This document shows, piece after piece, positions 23,437 through 37,000 of a stretch of DNA of 64,000 bases (positions within the stretch are counted from its first letter, which is position 1; each line of letters starts with the position of its first letter). Under the pieces are notes generated by a model. It saw only the letters and a list, made by a program, of their open reading frames with translations, had not been told where the DNA came from and did not search any database. Location: contig NC_092673.1 of NCBI RefSeq assembly GCF_964355755.1, forward strand, positions 23,123,648-23,187,647. The letters are read 5' to 3'. The stretch is from Antedon mediterranea. Its lineage: Eukaryota; Animalia; Echinodermata. The position numbers were made by a program, and so were the translations under genes.

Positions 23437-23581
23437 TATGAAATGATGCGGTGGTTACGTGTAGAAAAAGCGTAGCCCTCGTATCTGTACATGACGTCTC
23501 AAAAAATTGAAAGTTTTTCTATGAAATGATGCGGTGGTTACGTGTAGAAAAAGGGTAGCCCTCGTATCGGTACATGACGTC
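23437..23581. repeat. 62-bp direct repeat, two copies
   Basis: TATGAAATGATGCGGTGGTTACGTGTAGAAAAAG.GTAGCCCTCGTATC.GTACATGACGTC at 23437 and 23520. Confidence 0.92.
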
Positions 23582-26060
23582 AATCAATATTTTACAATAC
23601 GAGTTGCTTTTGTGTGAATAGATCAACAAGACAAATTAACCGTGGAGTAAATAAACAGTGGAGTAAAAAAAAATTATAATTTATGAATAAACATGGTTAA
23701 AAAAGTTAAGAAACATGCTTTCTTCATTTTCACATTTTAGTGACGCCCCTGTTCTGATTGGTTGGTCTTTTTTTATGAACCATTTATTTATTCATTGCTT
23801 TTATTTTATTGTAAATATTTATTATTTTTCAAGGGTGCTTATAACCTTAAATCTGTAATTCCTGCACAGACCTTAAATATGTATCGGGCCCTGTATATGC
23901 TTGTGGGTGGCGTATGTGGAAAAGTAATTGAATTGAAATTGAAACTACAGTATTATTTTGTCATTCTCGTACCTTTAAGGCCTTGTATGACGGTGCCTCA
24001 AGGTGGATTCGAACCTTAACACTTGACGTAATCCACGTAGATCATCCACTTATAATGGATTGGTTTACCATATTGTAATCAAACGAATATAACTACTACT
24101 CTGCAGGGAGACACTCTTGTGGATTTCCTGCACTGTATTTAGTTAGTCTTCTTCTGACAATTGGTAATTTATTGTAAACTTAGATTCAGCAGACTAATTC
24201 TAAGGCTTCCGTCGCTCCTTTGCGTATAGACGCCTTCAAGTATCCTTTAAGTCCCATTACTTTCAACAACGCTTCCCTTTTCAGGAAGAAAAACACTGAT
24301 TTGTATTTTAATAATCATTAATCAAACTACTTACCTCTAATGTGGTAATATGAAACACGATGAAATAATATTTTAGGGAGCGGTTTGTATGAAATCCGTT
24401 TTAATCCCCAAATATACCTTAGTTGAGATTGTTTTGGGATTAGTTTGTGGAATTCAATTCGGGGAACTGTAGACGGGAGGGACGTCAGAGATGGTGGTGT
24501 CGATACATTTTGTGAATTTGACTAACAGCTGACGAAAGGTGAATAAACGTATACATTATTATGAAAGAATCCGCGATAGAAAATTATGATTATATCGAAC
24601 AGATGGTGTTAATCCGGTGTCATCTAGCGGCTAAGAGCCCAAGAGCTGCTGGACTCATCATACTTGATACCAGTCGCATGTCAGGGTGACTGACCCTAGC
24701 TAGAAGTGGAATCTCTTCCAAGCCCTGCGGAACTTCAGAGAATTTAATTGTCATTCAGGTAAACACTGCTGTTTGCCATGGGCCTTCAGCTGGTGTTATC
24801 AATGTATACGGTATCGTTCATCGAGTAGTCCAAACCTAAGTAAACCATACCTCCATGAGTAAACCAATGTTTTGAAAATCAATGTTTTTTAAAATCAATG
24901 TTTTGAAAATAAAGTTACTCTTGATTTGGTTTAGGCTATGAATCCCACAATCTGGACCTCCATGATGGTACAAAGTAGTCCGATTGCGAACACACAAACA
25001 CACCCTCAATCACGTCGATTTATACTTTGTTTTAATGTCGAATTGTGGTTAACAGTACGTGCTCGTACTATTTAGTAGATAGATATTGTATAGGATCGAG
25101 GAGAGAGAGAGAGAGAGATCTGAAAAAATATATATGTATAGAGTTTTTGTGTTTTCACAGGCTCTTTCAGCCATGGTGTCATGTCATATCAATTTACATT
25201 CATTATGTATTGTCATTGTATTGTGCTTCATAATATATAGTTTTGATGGAGAATGAGAGAAAACAGATAAATAAGAACACTAAAGAAGATTGCTTTCTCC
25301 GTTAAAACATATATTGTCCTTGTTCCCTTAAAAGGGATCTACCGTGAATAGAGTCCCAAGGTGCGGTTACCATTCAAATTTATCAAACACTTTAAATGTT
25401 AAGCTACCCTAAGAAATAAGAAGATTTAAAAACAATGTGCGTTACTGCAACGTAACAAGTCGTAAAGCAGATAGAGAGAGATACCATAAACTTGTTTGAG
25501 TGTTAAAAGCAATTACCGAGGTTCGTTTAATAAATTACTAACGGAAGAAAAATGGTGCTACAGTCTGAGTTTGTTCCTTTATTGTGCTGTTGACATTATA
25601 AATCGGTTGTTAATATCCTAATGTTTTGGACATTTTACCGTACGTCCGCAATCATTTAGTAATCATATTATTTGACAAGACCGTCAAGGATAGTAGTATA
25701 GAGTTATGTATAAAACAAAGTTTTTACACTATTGGTGGCGCTATTTTAGTAGGCGTAAGTAAAAACTTATCGGAAAACTTGGAACCGATTTTCTGCTGAT
25801 AAACTCGTTAGCCAATGAATAGTCTGCTATCAAATGCGTTCGATCATTCAGCAACTGGACTTGGTCGGGATAGCAAGGCAACGTTGGTATCGCTGGGATT
25901 CCACACAAGTCCGGCTTAGCTTTCTGGTTTTTTTTAATTAGGTCTATTAAATTTCATCAAGATAGTTCATCGATTCAACTTTGGAGTTCTTAGAAAGACA
26001 AACTTTCCCAAGTTCTCTCGAACTTTCTAATGGGTGTCTAATAGGTAGTAGATAAAAAAA

Positions 26061-26391
26061 ATGAAATCAACATTACTCGGCCTTTTGGCCGTTCTTTTTG
26101 TTTGTCAACAAGCTGGTGTAAAATCGCAAACTTTTAATCAGCCTCAAGTTTTCTTCGATACAAATAACGGTGGTACTGCTATTGACACTAGTGATTATCC
26201 AGAAGAAGATGATGAAAACTCACATTTAGGAATCGCTGCATCGACATTAACATTTGTTTTTGATGTGACTGGTTCCATGTACGATGACTTGGTGCAAGTT
26301 ATTGAAGGGGCTGCCAAAATTCTTGAAGAGACTCTGTCAAGAAGAGAGCAACCTCTTCAGAATTTTGCTCTTGTACCTTTCCACGATCCAG
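26061..26391 (+). CDS. HMCN1: Hemicentin exon 1 (signal peptide plus start of VWA domain)
   Basis: [15 protein letters not shown] signal peptide; [29 protein letters not shown]...[11 protein letters not shown]|gtaagt matches the hemicentin N-terminus. Confidence 0.95.
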
Positions 26392-27144
26392 GTAAGTTTA
26401 AATAATTTTCTTTTTACCCTGCATCCAAAATGCTTTGCTCGACAAAAAATAAAAACAAAGGTGGTTTTATATAATATTAAGACCTTGTTGAATATTTCAA
26501 GGACAAAAGTTCTTCCTATTATTTTGTATTGAAGATATCAATTGACCCTAATTGTTTGGCTGAAATACACATAGATAATATCTATACAATACTGTAGTAA
26601 TAAACAATGAATCTGGTTGTCAGATTCAACAGTTCTTTTTTTCTTTTATTCTTTATGGTAAATTGGTTATGATAGGACTTTCCTGTAGAATATTATTTTA
26701 TCCTGCATGGAGATAAACAATTTGGAATTTTAACAAAGGATTTTTTTTTAATCTTACCAAACTACAACTTCTCCTACAATAAAATTCTTTGTTCTTTGTG
26801 TCATTGTTCTAATAATACAAAGACAATCTTGAATTAATATTAGTATTTGTCTGTATTATTTAAAAATGCAGTATTTTTCCCATGATAGTTTGTAAATAAA
26901 TGTATACCGTAGTCCTTGTTCTTTTCAGAATAGTCATTATTATGGACAGTATTGCATTTTAGTTATATGGGAGAAGGAAATAATGATTTGTCTCATTAAG
27001 GAATTAAACTGACATTTATTATAATTATTTGTTTCACCCTCTTTCCCTCTTTTACAAAGAAAAGCTCCAAATTATGGTTTTAAGTCATGCTTTCAATATG
27101 TCATGTGGTTAACAGGCCTGGAATAATAACTGACTATAAACTCA

Positions 27145-27185
27145 CTCCTGAGGACAATCAAAGCATATTGATTGAAATGTCAAGA
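27145..27185 (+). ncRNA. Minimal hammerhead ribozyme-like motif (Penelope pLTR type), degenerate
   Basis: CTGAGGA-C-AATCAA(agcata)TTGATT-GAAA-TGTC; core and stem II present, stem I weak. Confidence 0.5.
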
Positions 27186-27914
27186 AACCAGTTCTTTTCA
27201 GAACATATACGTGGTGTACCGCAAACTTTATATGAATATAAACCTTGACAATGAATATTGACAAAGAAAAACCACAATTAATTATTAAAGAAATATACTG
27301 TGGATTTTGTGATTTTTAATAATATTATTAATATAGTGTACAGTATCCACCTACTATTACAAATATATATAAATATTTAGGAAAATAAAAATGATTGTGA
27401 TATATCTGCTATATTAAACCAGGGAGTTGTAAACAACTCCCTGATTAAACCATCCGCGTTGATTTATTAACTTAGTGTTAAATCATTTGTCCTTTTGTCA
27501 TACAACAAATCTCCTGGGGGTCTTAAATTAAGATCACAACTAGAGTTTCAGAAGTTAAATTGAACTTTTTGCAGTAATCTGTCATTAAGAATTTGACCCA
27601 GATATGTATTAAATACTTGAGACTGGGATTAATAGAGGAAATGCAACAACAATAAGGAACACAGGTTATACTACCATCCGATTTAATAAGCTAGCATACA
27701 GCTGTGAATGAAAACAATTGCTGGATTCTCATTGGTCAATAGTTTATACATCTGTTGATTTTGTAATAGAGTAGTAAATCACACACATGTTCCTACTGTA
27801 GTGTATAGTATCTGGTTTTGTGTTACAATATCCACTAGAAGCATGGTTTAATTGATGGATGGCTAATATCCAGTCTTGCCTATAACTTCTGTCAGCAACT
27901 GGCCAGTAGTGTTT

Positions 27915-28330
27915 ACTGTAGCTTGTTAGTTGACATGCTTGCTTACAAATCCCAGTGTCATTGGTTCAAATCCTTGCTACTAACGGCCTTGAGACTTGGT
28001 TTAGAAGCATGGGTTGAGGTCCTGTAAATTGACGAGTAACATATTGCATTTGGTGTTGGATGGGGTAGAAAAATAATAGCTTAAAAGTTATTGCGTACTT
28101 TAGGGTGAAAAGCAATACTTTTAGAAGAAAAGTAAAAAATTAAATTAGCACAGGTTATTCATGACGACACGGTAGGTCTGGGGGTAGTCTTCTAGGATAA
28201 GGACTTAAAACTGGAAGTCCAGTGCTTAAAGAACCCGGTGATCCATCTCAGCCCCTGTTGTTAATGGGATAGCTTCTACTGTACACTGTGGCTGCTGTGA
28301 GTATAGTATGTAGGAGAGGACTTGCTTGGG
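27915..28330 (+). mobile_element. Old tRNA-derived SINE remnant(s)
   Basis: B-box GGTTCAAATCC near 27963; body motif AGTCTTCT.GGATAAGG shared with the SINE near 40380. Confidence 0.45.
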
Positions 28331-29942
28331 GCCCTTGCTTGAGAGGGGAATTGTTCTCAATTAAAAATGAATGTTATCATCAAACAAGTTTACCGGACTA
28401 GTACGATTGCTAGTTTTTATTGGACATTGTACGTTTGGTCAGGGTTAATTCAAACCGGCACTAAAGTTGTTCAAATTATTGTTAATAATATTTCATTGAC
28501 AATACCATTGTTTTTTGGGATGGTACGTTGGTTGAAGATTAGTTGAAGTGATGGGAATACAGTATGTCAGATTAACCTAGTCAAAACGCTTGCTACCTGG
28601 CTTTACCTTGACCTGCTTTAAGGTACATGATTATTGTTAACAGTACAGTATGTTGCATTTCCAACAAAAATCGTTACTGATGAGTACTTCCTTTGACCCC
28701 AATAAGATTCCTCGACCCAGATATAATCAAACTACCTATTGTTTTTAATTTAAGTCTACTAGAGATTGTAGCACTAAGAAACTGAAATATAGTAACCCTG
28801 TAGAACTAGAATCATACTGTAGTTTAAACTGTAAAATACTAAATATATCCAACACCCCCTTAATTTTATCCCAGGACATGTATTATTGTAATAAAGTATA
28901 CTATTATTAAAATTCAATTTATTTCATATCTTGGTTTTAATGCTAGGTTTTGTAAAAAGGGTTTTTGTTGAGTAGAGCAGCTATTGACGGTGGACGTTAA
29001 ATGTTGATTTTAGATCCAACCTGAACAGGTTAAATGTTAAAGAGAAAATAATGTATGGTATGTGATACAGTACGAAATTAATCAAATCAAATAGGCCACA
29101 TACAGTACACACGTAGGTACGTACATATAACAGAAAATTATACAATTTAGACCTTTGAGTCACCTCATATTGTCCCTTGTTAGGATCCTTGCAACGCATT
29201 AGTCGGCATGTGTGTGAGACATGTACACGATATCCTGTAGTAGCGCAAATTATGTAGAACATACACCAAAAGGCTTATGGGAGGAGATGGGCATCAGTAA
29301 TGTCACAACATTGATAAGATAGGAATACTTTTTGTGAATAGTTAAAAAAAAAAAAGAGTTGAATTTGATAATTGCATTAATTGGTTTTTAAAAGCTGTGG
29401 TTTTTGCCCTCAATCAATGTGCTATTCCTTCTATGGCTGCAGGCAACTTGTTTAATCAGGAGACCTGTTTAGATTCTTCTGCTCCTAAACCAATAATATA
29501 AACGCATCTATTAAATTCCATAGAACCACAAAAGTATGTTATGTGTACGGTTGATGACACGATTATGTACTGACCTTTCTATATATTCATACCAGCCTGT
29601 CCATTTATTGCTTTGGACATTTTACTGTTTTTATGGGGATTAGCATTTCCTGGAAATTGAATATGAAAACTTATATAGGAACACTCAGTAGCATCAAGTA
29701 TGTAATTTTGCTGTGCAAGATAACCAGACCTATCCAGCCTAATCTTAACACAAAACTCACCCAACAAACCCCCACGGTGCCTCTCAAAGTACTGTTTATT
29801 ACACACCTACTTTTTGGCACCCACTCCTAGACTATTTTCTACTATTTTTCTATTTTATTGGAACATCAAAACCAACAGCAATGAAAGTTGCCACTTAAAG
29901 GTATGAAACAGATACAATAAATACAATGTGAAGCAAACTTAA

Positions 29943-30570
29943 AGACCTCTTCCCTACGTTTTTTAGATCTAATTTAAGATCACAAACTATATTTAATGTA
30001 AAAATAATACTATATGGTCCTATTGCGATAACTTTTTTCGTCTTTAAACGGTTAAAAATGTGAAAAATAAATCGATTCTAATAATTATAGCGGCCCGCTA
30101 TAAATCCCAAAATGCATTGCGCGCGGATTGATATTTTTGTTTTTCACCTGTAATTCGCCCACTTTTCGATCGATCGTGAAGCCAAAACAAATGGAAGACT
30201 CCTAACTTTTCAGCGAAAATACCGGGTTTTCCCCAATTTGTATCAATGGAGTCTGGCAAAAATAGAAAGACAATTAATGCAGCAACTATACAACGTCAGG
30301 CTAGGTATATAGCTAGCGTACGATGTTCGTACGTTATCGATGTTTACCAGCTAGGCCTACAAAACTAAGCCTAGCTAGGCTAGGCCTAAGACCGTCCACG
30401 AGAGGTCGATCGCCGCGAGCTACTTAGGTAGTGCATTGTTTCTCACTTTTTATCATAATTTACCATAAAACGTACATTTAAGACAAGGAATGACATGGTT
30501 TAATGTTTTTAAAGTGATATATATGTATTATTTTCCAAAAAACGTCCAAAATTGCAGGGAAGGTGGGTCT
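29943..30570. mobile_element. Non-autonomous Kolobok-type DNA transposon (TTAA TSD)
   Basis: TTAA|AGACCTCTTCCCT ... AGGGAAGGTGGGTCT|TTAA; purine-purine start with a TTAA target, imperfect TIR. Confidence 0.75.
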
Positions 30571-30879
30571 TTAAATAAATTTATGCAAATAGTAAAAATT
30601 AGCCTATTGAGCACAATTATTTAAAAAAGAATACAATGAGTCTTGAATGAAGAATAGCTATTGAAAAAATATCAACATTTACATTTGACTCACTTAAATA
30701 GTTATACCAAGAAGGCAAGTGTGTCCCCCTTTTCGAGAAATTTACTCTATTACTATATCTACCAGTTTGTTTGTATCCAGGGTGTTGAACTATAAATCTT
30801 TAAATATAATTGTCTTACCTAACATTAAACATGTGTTTGGATATGTCTTCATGGTTTATATTAACAGTAATCAGCTCTT

Positions 30880-32935
30880 GTAATAATAATAATAATATTT
30901 ATTCGGCAAAAGTTCATAAAGTACATTTTACAATTCATCTTGCCAGGAGCAAGTAATAGGCATGAGCCCAAACAGAAAACTGCTCTTACTCCATCATTAC
31001 TTATAAAATACAAAAATAACAAAACTAAGTAGCACAAATTAAGTCAAAATAAAACAAAACAAAGTAATAATGAGATACACCAATTAAAAATAAGCTGCAT
31101 TAAATAAACAATATAAACAATTACAACTTAATATTTTGAGATCAAATGTTTGATGAGTTGGGCTTTAAAGTCTGAAATTGTAGCACATTGTTTAATTTCA
31201 TTGGGAAGTTGCTCCCATAATCTAGGGAAAATAACAAACGATGAATTTAAAAATGTATTGGTCTTTGCCTTCCAATGTATTAACCGCCCTTCACACCTCT
31301 CACTTGATCTCACAAACTCATTAAAGGATGATGGACAGAGGCCATGCATTATTTTAAAACCTAATGTGAGTCTATACACTTTAAATATATCTTCAATACT
31401 TAAAATATTTAGGTTCTTTAACCTATATAAATATGAAGTGTCCCAATTTCCTTCTTTTCTGTACATAATTATTCTAGTGGCCTTTCTCTGAACCCTTTCA
31501 AGTCTATACATATGAGATATTTCAGTAGGTGCCCACATACAACAACAGTAAGTCACAACAGGTAGTATTAGTGCTTTGTAAAGATTTAGCATTGCCATCC
31601 AAGACATTGCTTTACTACATCTTGAAACAAAACCAAGAAGTTTGCTTGCCTTACTACAAACATAATCTACATGAGAATGGCATGTTAATTTACTGTTGAT
31701 ATATACACCAAGTAGTTTGAATTCATGGACTCTTTCCGTTGAATCGGAATTGATATCGTAAGCAAATATGATGGGATCTTTACACCTGGATAAACTCATT
31801 GCTGCACATTTTGATGCATTTAATGGTAGTTTATTTAAAACTGACCATTCATAAATCTTATTTAAATCACTCTGTAACTTTATACAGTCTTCTAATTCAT
31901 GAATAGGTCTTGAAATGGTATTGTCATCTGCAAATTGAAAAATTGAAGATTCTATACCATATTCAAGATCACTCACATACAATAGAAACAAAAGAGGGCC
32001 AAGAACTGACCCCTGGGGTACCCCTGATATTACATTCTTCCAATGCGATATTTCACCTCTATAGATAACTCTTTGTTTTCTATTTAAAAGAAAATCCTGG
32101 ATCCATTTATTTAAACCTTTGTTTAAGCCAATATTGTTAAGTTTCTTAATCAGACGATTATGGGGTACTTTATCAAAAGCAGATGAAAAATCTAAGAAAA
32201 TTACATCTACTTGCTTACAATTTTTTGCATCTAAACTTTGAGCCCATGAATGAAACGCCTTAGTGAGTAACAATTCCGTACTATAAGCATGTCTAAAACC
32301 AAACTGATTATCTGATAATATACTATTAGCCTCTAAGAAATTATTGATTCGGGTACACACAAGTTTCTCCATAATTTTACAAACAATTGGTGTTAAAGAC
32401 ACAGGTCTGTAACTCTTAAAATCACCTTTAGGTTTTCCATGCTTTTTGAAAACAGGTACAACATTAGCAGTTTTCCACTGTTTTGGTAAAATGCCTTTTT
32501 CTAAAGATAAGTTAAAAAAGTCGCACAACAATCGTGCTAGTTCTACCCTACAAACCTTTAGAAATATGGGAAGTAAATTATCAGGTCCTGGAGATTTTGA
32601 AACAATTAAATAGTTTAATGCCTGATAAACTTCCATCACATTAAATTTCTCAAGTTCCATATAATGCTGAGGGATAATATCAGAGTTGCAGAGCAAGTCA
32701 TCATTACCACCATCATCATTATTACTGAAATTACTAGAAAATTGATCATTAAACAAATTTGCTATCTCTCTAGCATCTGTTACTATAGCATCATTAATCT
32801 TAAAACTTATAACTTGTGAATCTTGTCTAATTGCCCTAATATATGCCCAAAATTGCTTTATATTTGAAGTAGCCTTATTTGAGATGTCTAAAACATAATT
32901 TCTGTGACTACAATATATGGCTTTTTTCAGTTCCT
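30880..32935 (-). mobile_element. 5'-truncated CR1/L2-type LINE with uninterrupted RT ORF (31128-32981) and (TTA)n 3' tail
   Basis: KSPGPD, WKTANVVPVFKK, YRPVSLTPIVCKIME, QFGFR, DVIFLDFSSAFDKVPH, SGVPQGSVLGPLLF, FADD, LGV, LERVQRKATR; AATAAA plus TATTATTATTA tail at about 30880-30903. Confidence 0.95.
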
Positions 32936-34095
32936 TACTACAACACTTGGAAATTAAACATGTAAAGCTTGGACCCTTCATCAGAGAAGTTCTACACTAT
33001 TTGCAGTACCATACCTTTAATTGATTTTACTGTAATGCCTAATCATCCAGTTAAACATGGTGTTTAGATATAACAGTATTTATTTTATTTACTAATTATA
33101 AACAATTTTAATGGAGCCTCTGCAGTTGTGTGCATTTGACCAGAATAATTCTTAAACATGTCCTCTCTGTTTTTCCATTAATAAACAAACATACTATACT
33201 GTACTGTGTTCATCTTTCTGAAGAAGTAACCTTGGACTTATCTTCCAGGAATTTACTACTAGTCCTCCAAGGTGAATCCTCCATTAAAGTTTCTGTTCAA
33301 GTATGTTTTTATTTCATACATAAACATAGCTTTCACGTCACAGTTGAAATATGGATTTGAAAACTAACTTTTTCAAATTGCACAAAATAAATAAATTTAA
33401 ATTTCCCTTTCTCTATTGCAGTCTATCAGATTTATATCAGATCTATTACTCAAATTGGATGTACATACTGTATTTGTACTCTAAAACCTGGCTGATCACA
33501 TGAGAACTTGTATCGGATCAGCTTAAGTAATTATACAGCAAGCCATAACTGTCCATCTCTACATTGTAGAGTATGTGATGTGTGAAATGTACCATCAAAT
33601 GTAGTATAGAGCTAAACACTCAGTTCTTACAAAAACAAAAACAGTCCATAAAACTATCCTGAAAGATGCTGTTAAAATACTTTGACAACTAATGTGGTTT
33701 GTTTGCAGTTTAAAGTGGCTGTCAGTCATTAGAGGCAGCAATGTCAGCCCACCAGGAGGGAGGCAAAACCTGGAATAAGTTTACTTTCACCTGCTAGTAA
33801 TTCCTTCCAAAAATGTATCGTGTAAACAAACTAATATGCCTATATGTACTTTGATTCTTCATCTTCAACAACAAAACACTGAGAATGAGATGTTATTTTT
33901 GATTATTGAAAATTAATCATTGCTTTCTATTAAACAATAGGGGAATGTAATCAAGATATTATTTTCCTCAAATAGGCTCCAGTAATATGCACTCTATTTG
34001 CTTTTTTTAATACAATATCACTTTACTTCTCTTTCTACACCAGCAACAAACCTGGAAGCACCGTGCATTAACATTATAAACAGAAAGAACCTATT

Positions 34096-37000
34096 TAGTA
34101 GAGTAGAACTAATGAAAAAAAGGGGCCAACCTCAAAAAAATTGCAACAAAAGGTTTTTCAACGGATTTTGGTAGTATTGGGTGTACTAAACAACAGAAAA
34201 AAAGTCTCAAGAATTTCGACCCCCGGAAAGTGGTTTTTTTCAAGATGGCCGCCAAAATAGATAAAAAGTGAAAATGGCCATACCTCCTAAACTACTTGGT
34301 CTATTGCCAACTGGTTGGAAGTAAAGGTTATTGACCTTTAACTTTATCTATGTAGAATTTCCATATCTTGGCAACTATGTGTGGTAGAGATTTAAACTTG
34401 GGCTCTAAATACTGAGAATATACTTATTTATATTTACTCTAATGAAACAGTTTGACAAAAAATGACTAGAAACGACATTTTTTTACCATTGACCTTGATA
34501 TGCTATATTTCGATAATGACTGACTGAGATACACTATTTGTGGCTCAATTTGTTCAGAATATAATTATTTTTATTGCGTATAATGGTCTAATCTACCCAT
34601 CATGGAATTAAGAGCTTTCCTGGGAATCAAGTAACTGTAATATTTATAAAGACTTTTAGAATATGAGTTCAAGTTCAAATTGTTCAGAACATACTGTATA
34701 CATTCTTAATAATAATAGTGAATAAAAAACCCGAAAAGTAAACAAAAACAAATAATAATAATTTTAAATTTCTAATTACGGTATAGCAGCAGTTGATTGG
34801 ATATTGTGCATGTATTTAGTACGGCATCCTAAACAACTGTTCCAACTTCGTCTTCATCGTCATCAATCTCTCTATCTACGTTGTTCCATTCTTCTAGTTG
34901 ACACACTCAACAAACTGAAGCACATGCCAATCCATAGCAACATACAGTTTTACATCCAGTAGTACAGTTACAATGGATGATTTTCAAAAGTTCTTCTGAA
35001 GCAGCAGTTTCAATCGTCATTATTGGCACAAATGTTTTATTAAAAACTTCCCCGACTTGGTAGCATCCATGGCATTATCTTTCTTTATCCATTGCATGAT
35101 TTGATAGTATACTCTAAGACTGTGACATTTTGTAGCAGATGAGGTTGGTGGTAGTAGTTATTGAGGTTTGATAAATTATTTACCCTCAGCAACTTTCTTA
35201 TTAAACAGCTTGCATCTGTAGCTATTTAGGAAATCCAGTGACTTGGCTCCAAAAAGAATAGACATGGCCTTTAATCCAAACTCCTCGATAGTTTGAAGTT
35301 TCTGATGCGGTTGAGTGAAAATATCGGCATACATCAGTGTCATATTCTAGGTTACTTTCTATCAATTTATTGGTTTATTTGCCTTCCTAAAGATGTCTTT
35401 GGCTTCGAAGAGTGAGGGTGGAAACGGACTTAGTTCATATTTCATTACATCGTCTAGAGAGATTTGTCCTAACTGAATTTGATGGAAAGAAAGAAGAATT
35501 CCTGTCAAGGCATGAGAACAAACACAAATTTATCAACATGCTTTCATATGAGCTACAGAAAAAAGAATGTCCTGTACGACATGCAGCCAACGAGTTATGG
35601 TTATGATGCTTGGCTACCACTCCAAGGGTCCTGAGTTCAAGTCCCGTCACATGTCAGGATTTTTTCTAAGGACCAAATTACTCCACTCCCAAAGACTTGT
35701 AATAAGACTTTGTTTTGTAGAGCATCTTGTGTATATGTTTGTCTTGTGAACCTCTGAGGGTCCCAATGATCAGCAATAGCTGCACGGATCACCCTCATTA
35801 AATATGGTTTAAAAAAAAACAAAAAAAAAGTCTCTGAACATAATACAGTAACTTTGATTGGAGAAGACACGGACTTACTGGTACTTTTACTGTATCATGT
35901 AAATACAACAAACCGAGAAGTGTACTTCAGATTAGACAAAGGAAAAGATGGGCCTACTAGAGTGATTAATGTAAACAGATTGAAATCTGTTTTAGGATAT
36001 AAAATGTGAAATGCATTACCCATAGTGCATGCATTCACTGGTTGTGATTCGACGTCTAGGATTTTCGGAATCGGCAAGAAAGCGGCATTTAATAAATTGA
36101 TTGAAAGTAACCCAGAATATGACAGGTGTGCCGATATTTTCACTCAACCGCATCAGAAACTTTAAACTATCGAGGAGTTTGGACTGAAGGACATGTCTAT
36201 TCTTTTTGGAGCCAAGTCACTGGATTCCCTGAATAGCTACAGATGCAAGCTGTTTAATAAAAAAGTTGTTGAGGGTAAATCATTTATCAAACCTAGCCTC
36301 AACAACTACCACCAACGTCATCTGCTACAGAATGTCAGTCAAATCATGCAATGGCTATAGAAAGATAATACCATGGATGCTACCAAGTGGGGATGGAAAG
36401 TTTGTAATAAAACATTTGTGCCAATAATGACGATGGAAACTGCTGCTTCAGAAGAACTTTTGAAAATCATCCATTGTAACTGTACTACTGGATGTAAAAC
36501 TGTATGTTGCTATGGATTGGCATGTGCTTCAGTTTGTTGAGTGTGTCAACTAGAAGAATGGGACAACGTAGATAGAAAGATTGATGACGATGATGAAGAC
36601 GAAGTTGGAACAGTTGTTTAAGATGCCGTACTAAATACATGCACAATATCTAATCAATTGCTGCTATACCGTAATTAGAAATTTAAAAGTTATAATTATA
36701 TTCTGAACAAATTGAGCCATAAATGGTGTATCTCAGTCAGTCATTATCGAAATATAGCATATCAAGGTCAATGGTCAAACATGTCGTTTCTGGTCATTTT
36801 TTGTCAAAATGTTTCATTAGAGTAAATATAAATAAGTATATTCTCAGTATTTAGAGCCCAATTTTAAATCTCTACCACACATAGTTGCCGAGATATGGAC
36901 ATTCTACATAGATAAAGGTTAAAGGTCAATAACCTTTACTTCTAACCATTTTTTGACAAAATGTCTCATTACAATAAATGTAAATATGTACATTCTGAAC

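Noticed and set aside
23990-24030. tRNA gene on minus strand (GGTTCGAATCC)
   Set aside because: Only a B-box/T-arm is evident, with no full cloverleaf; probably an old SINE fragment.
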